Shown here piece by piece: positions 56,901-64,000 of a stretch of DNA of 64,000 nt. Under the pieces are notes generated by a model. That model had not been told where the DNA came from and did no database searches. It was given only the letters and a program-made list of their open reading frames with translations. How positions within the stretch are numbered: the first letter of the stretch is position 1; each line of letters starts with the position of its first letter. The stretch lies in contig OZ024742.1 in assembly GCA_964016885.1 (NCBI GenBank), positions 369,458,001 through 369,522,000 of the forward strand. The letters are read 5' to 3'. This DNA is from Eledone cirrhosa. Taxonomy: Eukaryota. The position numbers were made by a program, and so were the translations under genes.

Positions 56901-59900
56901 TGTTATGAGCAACTCTACAGATGTCATGTTGAAATGTTGTATGATCACCATATTATATCTGTTGGCCAGTGATATCTGGTCTATATACAGTGATATGAGC
57001 AACTGTACAGATGTCATGTTCAAATGTTGTATGATCACCATATTATATCTGTTGGCCAGTGATATCTGGTCTATATACAGTGATATGAGCAACTGTACAG
57101 ATCACTTGTTCAAATGTTGTATGATTACCATATTATATCTGTTGGCCAGTGATGTTTGTTCTATATACAGTGTTATGAGCAACTCTAAAGATGTCATGTT
57201 CAAATGTTGTATGATCACCATATTATATCTGTTGGCCAGTGATGTCTGGTCTATATACAGTGATATGAGCAACTCTAAAGACCTCATGTTCAATTGTTAT
57301 ATGATCACCATATTATATCTGTTGGCCAGTGATGTCTGGTCTATATACAGTGTTATGAGCAACTCTACAGATCTCATGTTCAAATGTTGTATGATCACCA
57401 TATTATATCTGTTGGCCAGTGATGTCTGGTCTATATACAGTGTTATGAGCAACTGTACAGATGTCATGTTCGAATGTTGTATGATCACCATATTATATCT
57501 GTTGGCCAGTGATGTCTGGTCTATATACAGTGTTATGAGCAACTCTACAGATCTCATGTTCAAATGTTGTATGATCACCATATTATATCTGTTGGCCAGT
57601 GATGTCTGGTCTATATACAGTGTTATGGGCAACTGTACAGATCTCATGTTCAAATGTTGTATGATCACCATATTATATCTGTTGGCCAGTGATGTCTGGT
57701 CTATATACAGTGTTATGAGCAACTCTACAGATCTCATGTTCAAATGTTGTATGATCACCATATTATATCTGTTGGCCAGTGATGCCTGGTCTATATACAG
57801 TGTAATGAGCAACTCTACAGATGTCATGTTCAAATGTTGTATGATCACCATATTATATCTGTTGGCCAGTGATGTCTGGTCTATATACAGTGTTATGAGC
57901 AACTCTACAGATCTCATGTTCAAATGTTGTATGATCACCATATTATATCTGTTGGCCAGTGATGCCTGGTCTATATACAGTGTTATGAGCAACTCTACAG
58001 ATGTCATGTTCAAATGTAGTATGATCACCATATTATATCTGTTGGCCATTGATGTCTGGTCTATATAGAGTGTTATGAGCAACTGTACAGATGTCATGTT
58101 CAAATGTTGTATGATCACCATATTATATCTGTTGGCCAGTGATGTCTGGTCTATATACAGTGTTATGAACAACTCTACAGATCTCTTGTTCAAATGTTGT
58201 ATGATCACCATATTATATCTGTTGGCCAGTGATGTCTGGTCTATATACAGTGTTATGAGCAACTCTACAGATCGCATGTTCAAATGTTGTATGATCACCA
58301 TATTATATCTGTTGGCCAGTGATGTCTGGTCTATATACAGTGTTATGAGCAACTGTACAGATGTCATGTTCAAATGGTATATGATCACCATATTATATCT
58401 GTTGGCCAGTGATGTCTGGTCTATATACAGTGTTATGAGCAACTCTACAGATCTCATGTTCAAATGTTGTATGATCACCATATTATATCTGTTGGCCAGT
58501 GATGTCTGGTCTATATACAGTGTTATGAGCAACTCTACAGATATCTTGTTCAAATGTTGTATGATCACCATATTATATCTGTTGGCCAGTGATGTTTGGT
58601 CTATATACAGTGTTATGAGCAACTCTACAGATCTCATGTTCAAATGTTGTATGATCACCATATTATATCTGTTGGCCAGTGATGTCTGGTCTATATACAG
58701 TGTTATGAGCAACTCTACAGATATCTTGTTCAAATGTTGTATGATCACCATATTATATCTGTTGGCCAGTGATGTTTGGTCTATATACAGTGTTATGAGC
58801 AACTGTACATATGTCATGTTCAAATGTTGTATGATCACCATATTATATCTGTTGGCCAGTGATGTCTGGTCTACGTACAGTGTTATGAGCAACTGTACAG
58901 ATGTCATGTTCAAATGTTGTATGATCACCATATTATATCTGTTGGCCAGTGATATCTGGTCTATATACAGTGATATGAGCAACTCTACAGATGTCATGTT
59001 CAAATGTTGTATGATCGCAATATTATATCTGTTGGCCAGTGATGTCTGGTCTATATACAGTGTTATGAGCAACTCTACAGATCGCATGTTCAAATGTTGT
59101 ATGATCACCATATTATATCTGTTGACCAGTGATGTCTGGTCTATATACAGTGATATGAGCAACTCTACAGATGTCATGTTCAAATGTTGTATGATCACCA
59201 TATTATATCTGTTGGCCAGTGATGTCTGGTCTATATACAGTGTTATGAGCAACTCTAAAGACCTCATGTTCAAATGTTGTATGATCACCATATTATATCT
59301 GTTGGCCAGTGATGTCTGGTCTATATACAGTGATATGAGCAACTGTACAGATGTCATGTTCAAATGTTGTATGATCACCATATTATATCTGTTGGCCAGT
59401 ATGTCTGGTCTATATACAGTGTTATGAGCAACTCTACAGATCTCATGTTCAAATGTTGTATGAAAACCATATTATATCTGTTGGCCAGTGATGTCTGGTC
59501 TATATACAGTGTTATGAGCAACTGTACAAATGTCATGTTCAAATGTTGTATGATCACCATATTATATCTCTTGGCCAGTGATGTTTGGTCTATATACAGT
59601 GTTATTAGCAACTGTACAGATGTCATGTTCAAATGTTGTATGATCACCATATTATATCTGTTGGCCAGTGATGTCTGGTCTATATACAGTGTTATGAGCA
59701 ACTCTACAGATCGCATGTTCAAATGTTGTATGATCACCATATTATATCTGTTGGCCAGTGATGTCTGGTCTATATACAGTGTTATGAGCAACTCTACAGA
59801 TCTCTTGTTCAAATCTTGTATGATCACCATATTATATCTGTTGGCCAGTGATGTCTGGTCTATATACAGTGTTATGAGCAACTGTACATATGTCATGTTC

Positions 59901-60120
59901 AAATGTTGTATGATCACCATATTATGTCTGTTGGCCAGTGATGTCTGGTCTATATACAGTGTTATGAGCAACTCTACAGATGTCATGTTCAAATGTTGTA
60001 TGATCACCATAATATATATATTGGCCAGTGATGTCTGGTCTATATACAGTGTTATGAGCAACTCTACAGATCGCATGTTCAAATGTTGTATGATCACCAT
60101 ATTATATCTGTTGGCCAGTG
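52200..60120. repeat. Tandem duplication of a 44-monomer (3959-bp) unit
   Basis: ORFs 53143-53334/57102-57293 and 54116-55468/58075-59427, plus the 1-bp deletion at 55441/59400. Confidence 0.9.
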
Positions 60121-63100
60121 ATGTCTGGTCTATATACAGTGTTATGAGCAACTCTACAGATGTCATGTTCAAATGTTGTATGATCACCATAATATATATA
60201 TTGGCCAGTGATGTCTGGTCTATATACAGTGTTATGAGCAACTCTACAGATCGCATGTTCAAATGTTGTATGATCACCATATTATATCTGTTGGCCAGTG
60301 ATGTCTGGTCTATATACAGTGTTATGAGCAACTCTACAGATCTCATGTTCAATTGTTGTATGATCACCATATTATATCTGTTGGCCAGTGATGTCTGGTC
60401 TATATACAGTGTTATGAGCAACTGTACAGATGTCATGTTCAAATGTTGTATGATCACCATATTATATCTGTTGGCCAGTGATGTCTGGTTTATATACAGT
60501 GTTATGAACAACTCTACAGATCTCTTGTTCAAATGTTGTATGATCACCATATTATATCTGTTGGCCAGTGATGTCTGGTCTATATACAGTGTTATGAGCA
60601 ACTGTACAGATGTCATGTTCAAATGTTGTATGATCACCATATTATATCTGTTGGCCAGTGATGTCTGGTCTATATACAGTGTTATGAGCAACTGTACAGA
60701 TGTCATGTTCAAATGTTGTATGATCACCATATTATATCTGTTGGCCAGTGATGTCTGGTCTATATACAGTGTTATGAGCAACTCTAAAGATGTCATGTTC
60801 AAATGTTGTATGATCACCATATTATATCTGTTGGCCAGTGATGTCTGGTCTATATACAGTGTTATGAGCAACTCTACAGATGTCATGTTCAAATGTTGTA
60901 TGATCACCATAGTATATCTGTTAGCCAGTGATATCTGGTCTATATACAGTGTTATGAGCAACTGTACAGATGTCATGTTCAAATGTTGTATGATCGCAAT
61001 ATTATATCTGTTGGCCAGTGATGTCTGGTCTATATAGAGTGTTATGAGCAACTCTACAGATCTCATGTTCAAATGTTGTATGATCACCATATTATATCTG
61101 TTGGCCAGTGATATCTGGTCTATATACAGTGTTATGAGCAACTCTAAAGATGTCATGTTCAAATGTTGTATGATCACCATATTATATCTGTTGGCCAGTG
61201 ATGTCTGGTCTATATACAGTGTTATGAGCAACTCTACAGATCTCTTGTTCAAATGTTGTATGATCACCATATTATATCTGTTGGCCAGTGATGTCTGGTC
61301 TATATACAGTGTTATGAGCAACTGTACAGATCTCATGTTCAAATGTTGTATGATCACCATATTATATCTGTTGGCCAGTGATGTCTGGTCTATATACAGT
61401 GTTATGAGCAACTGTACAGATCTCATGTTCAAATGTTGTATGATCACCATATTATATCTGTTGGCCAGTGATGTCTGGTCTATATACAGTGTTATGAGCA
61501 ACTGTACAGATGTCATGTTCAAATGTTGTATGGTCACCATATTATATCTGTTGGCCAGTGATGTCTGGTCTATATAAAGTGTTATGAGCAACTGTACAGA
61601 TGTCATGTTCAAATGTTGTATGATCACCATATCATATCTGTTGGCCAGTGATGTCTGGTCTATATACAGTGATATGAGCAACTGTACAGATGTCATGTTT
61701 AAATGTTGTATGATCACCATATTATATCTGTTGGCCAGTGATGTCTGGTCTATATACAGTGTTATGAGCAACTGTACATATGTCATGTTCAAATGTTGTA
61801 TGATCGCAATATTATATCTGTTGGCCAGTGATGTCTGGTCTATATACAGTGATATGAGCAACTCTACAGATGTCATGTTCAAATGTTGTATGATCACCAT
61901 ATTATATCTGTTGGCCAGTGATGTCTGGTCTATATACAGTGTTATGAGCAACTGTACAGATGTCATGTTCAGATGTTGTATGATCACCATATTATATCTG
62001 TTGGCCAGTGATGTCTGGTCTATATACAGTGTTATGAGCAACTGTACAGATGTCATGTTCAGATGTTGTATGATCGCCATATTATATCTGTTGGCCAGTG
62101 ATGTCTGGTCTATATACAGTGTTATGAGCAACTCTAAAGATGTCATGTTCAAATGTTGTATGATCACCATATTATATCTGTTGGCCAGTGATGCCTGGTC
62201 TATATACAGTGTTATGAGCAACTCTACAGATCTCTTGTTCAAATGTTGTATGATCACCATATTATATCTGTTGGCCAGTGATGCCTGGTCTATATACAGT
62301 AATATGAGCAACTCTACAGATGTCATGTTCAAATGTTGTATGATCACCATATTATATCTGTTGGCCAGTGATGTCTGGTCTATATACAGTGTTATGAGCA
62401 ACTGTACAGATGTCATGTTCAAATGTTGTATGATCGCAATATTATATCTGTTGGCCAGTGATGTCTGGTCTATATACAGTGTTATGAGCAACTGTACAGA
62501 TGTCATGTTCAAATGTTGTATGATCACCATATTATATCTGTTGGCCAGTGATGCCTGGTCTATATACAGTGTTATGAGCAACTCTACAGATCTCTTGTTC
62601 AAATGTTGTATGATCACCATATTATATCTGTTGGCCAGTGATGTCTGGTCTATATACAGTGTTATGAGCAACTGTACAGATGTCATGTTCAAATGTTGTA
62701 TGATCACCATATTATATCTGTTGGCCAGTGATGTCTGGTCTATATACAGTAATATGAGCAACTCTACAGATGTCATGTTCAAATGTTGTATGATCACCAT
62801 ATTATATCTGTTGGCCAGTGATGTCTGGTCTATATACAGTGTTATGAGCAACTGTACAGATGTCATGTTCAAATGTTGTATGATCGCAATATTATATCTG
62901 TTGGCCAGTGATGTCTGGTCTATATAGAGTGTTATGAGCAACTGTACAGATGTCATGTTCAAATGTTGTATGATCACCATATTATATCTGTTGGCCAGTG
63001 ATGTCTGGTCTATATACAGTGATATGAGCAACTCTACAGATCTCATGTTCAAATGTTGTATGATCACCATATTATATCTGTTGGCCAGTGATGTCTGGTC

Positions 63101-64000
63101 TATATACAGTGTTATGAGCAACTGTACAGATGTCATGTTCAAATGTTGTATGATCACCATATTATATCTGTTGGCCAGTGATATCTGGTCTATATACAGT
63201 GTTATGAGCAACTGTACAGATGTCATGTTCAGATGTTGTATGATCACCATATTATATCTGTTGGCCAGTGATGTCTGGTCTATATACAGTGTTATGAGCA
63301 ACTGTACAGATGTCATGTTCAAATGTTGTATGATCACCATATTATATCTGTTGGCCAGTGATATCTGGTTTATATACACTGTTATGAGCAACTCTACAGA
63401 TCTCATGTTCAAATGTTATATGATCACCATATTATATCTGTTGGCCAGTGATATCTGGTCTATATACACTGTTATGAGCAACTGTACAGATGTCATGTTC
63501 AAATGTTATATGATCACCATATTATATCTGTTGGCCAGTGATATCTGGTCTATATACAGTGTTATGAGCAACTCTACAGATCTCTTGTTCAAATGTTGTA
63601 TGATCACCATATTATATCTGTTGGCCAGTGATGTCTGGTCTATATACAGTGTTATGAGCTACTCTAAAGATGTCATGTTCAGATGTTGTATGATAACCAT
63701 ATTATATCTGTTGGCAAGTGATGTCTGGTCTATATACAGTGTTATGAGCTACTCTAAAGATGTCATGTTCAGATGTTGTATGATAACCATATTATATCTG
63801 TTGGCAAGTGATGTCTGGTCTATATACAGTGTTATGAGCAACTGTACAGATGTCATGTTCAAAAGTTGTATGATCACCATGTTATATCTGTTGGCCAGTG
63901 ATATCTGGTCTATATCCAGTGTTATGAGCAACTGTACAGATCTCATGTTCAAATGTTGTATGATCACCATATTATATCTGTTGGCCAGTGATGTCTGGTC
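56180..64000. repeat. Long-range copy of ~18470-26650 (offset 37707 shrinking to 37347 bp)
   Basis: ORFs pair as 19395/57102, 23517-24050/61044-61577 and 26402-26623/63749-63970. Rare variants CATAGTATATCTGTTAGCC (~23381/60908), GATCGCCAT (~24545/62072) and TTCAAAAGTT (~26511/63858) are shared. Confidence 0.9.

Larger units (their letters stand above)
1..64000. repeat. Satellite DNA: tandem array of a 90-bp monomer (711 full copies + 15 bp), single orientation, extends beyond both window edges
   Basis: CAGTGATGTCTGGTC recurs every 90 bp (1, 91, 181...). Monomers typically differ from consensus by only a few substitutions. I saw only seven indels (six -1, one +1). The net -5 predicts that the window ends at monomer position 15, which matches the last bases (...CAGTGATGTCTGGTC). 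Consensus GC is 33/90. Confidence 0.99.

Noticed and set aside
29-62927. Plus-strand ORFs of 177-1767 aa as giant repeat-protein genes, including a TALE-like reading with variable residues at repeat positions 4 and 7
   Set aside because: There are no unique N- or C-terminal domains. The frame is cut by recurrent TAA/TAG/TGA (e.g. 1552, 12531, 24050, 27422) and seven frameshifts, many of them propagated by duplication. Common variants are mostly non-synonymous. An open frame is unremarkable for a 30-codon repeat.
2941-63970. Minus-strand ORFs up to 1435 aa
   Set aside because: These are the antisense reading of the same monomer. The frequent G63A variant creates TAA, starts are arbitrary, and I recognise no domain.
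1-64000. CRISPR array or other repeat-spacer system
   Set aside because: There are no unique spacers: all 90 bp are repeated and the variable window differs only by point substitutions. No leader or cas genes are present.
1-64000. Telomeric repeat, transposon insertion or inversion within the array
   Set aside because: There is no short G-rich telomere unit. The 90-bp phase is accounted for end to end by seven 1-bp indels, and I saw no foreign or reverse-oriented segment.
1-64000. Entire array as a sequencing or assembly artefact (e.g. rolling-circle concatemer)
   Set aside because: Variants are structured, shared between distant blocks in conserved order, and hierarchically nested, unlike random read error. 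Local misassembly of near-identical blocks cannot be excluded.

Overview
The whole 64,000-bp window is one uninterrupted, head-to-tail tandem array of a 90-bp AT-rich monomer, about 37% GC with no CpG in the consensus. It holds 711 full monomers plus 15 bp, all in one orientation, and both ends run off the window. Consensus from position 1: CAGTGATGTCTGGTCTATATACAGTGTTATGAGCAACT[G/C]TACAGAT[G/C]TCATGTTCAAATGTTGTATGATCACCATATTATATCTGTTGGC. This looks like eukaryotic satellite DNA, possibly (peri)centromeric or heterochromatic. I do not recognise the family or organism. I found no genes, RNA genes, transposons, CRISPR spacers or unique sequence. The long ORFs arise because the monomer is 30 codons long and happens to lack a stop in one frame per strand; those frames are repeatedly broken by stops and frameshifts. 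The real information is in the pattern of monomer variants. It shows an irregular, nested higher-order structure, with duplication periods from 2 to about 420 monomers. It also shows one 1-bp deletion copied six times, a 180-bp dimer x4 cassette present seven times, an older and more diverged block at about 26.6-33.1 kb, and a ~23-bp dyad per monomer that coincides with the most polymorphic sites. I could not support a novel protein-coding system. Block boundaries were read by eye and are accurate to about one monomer.
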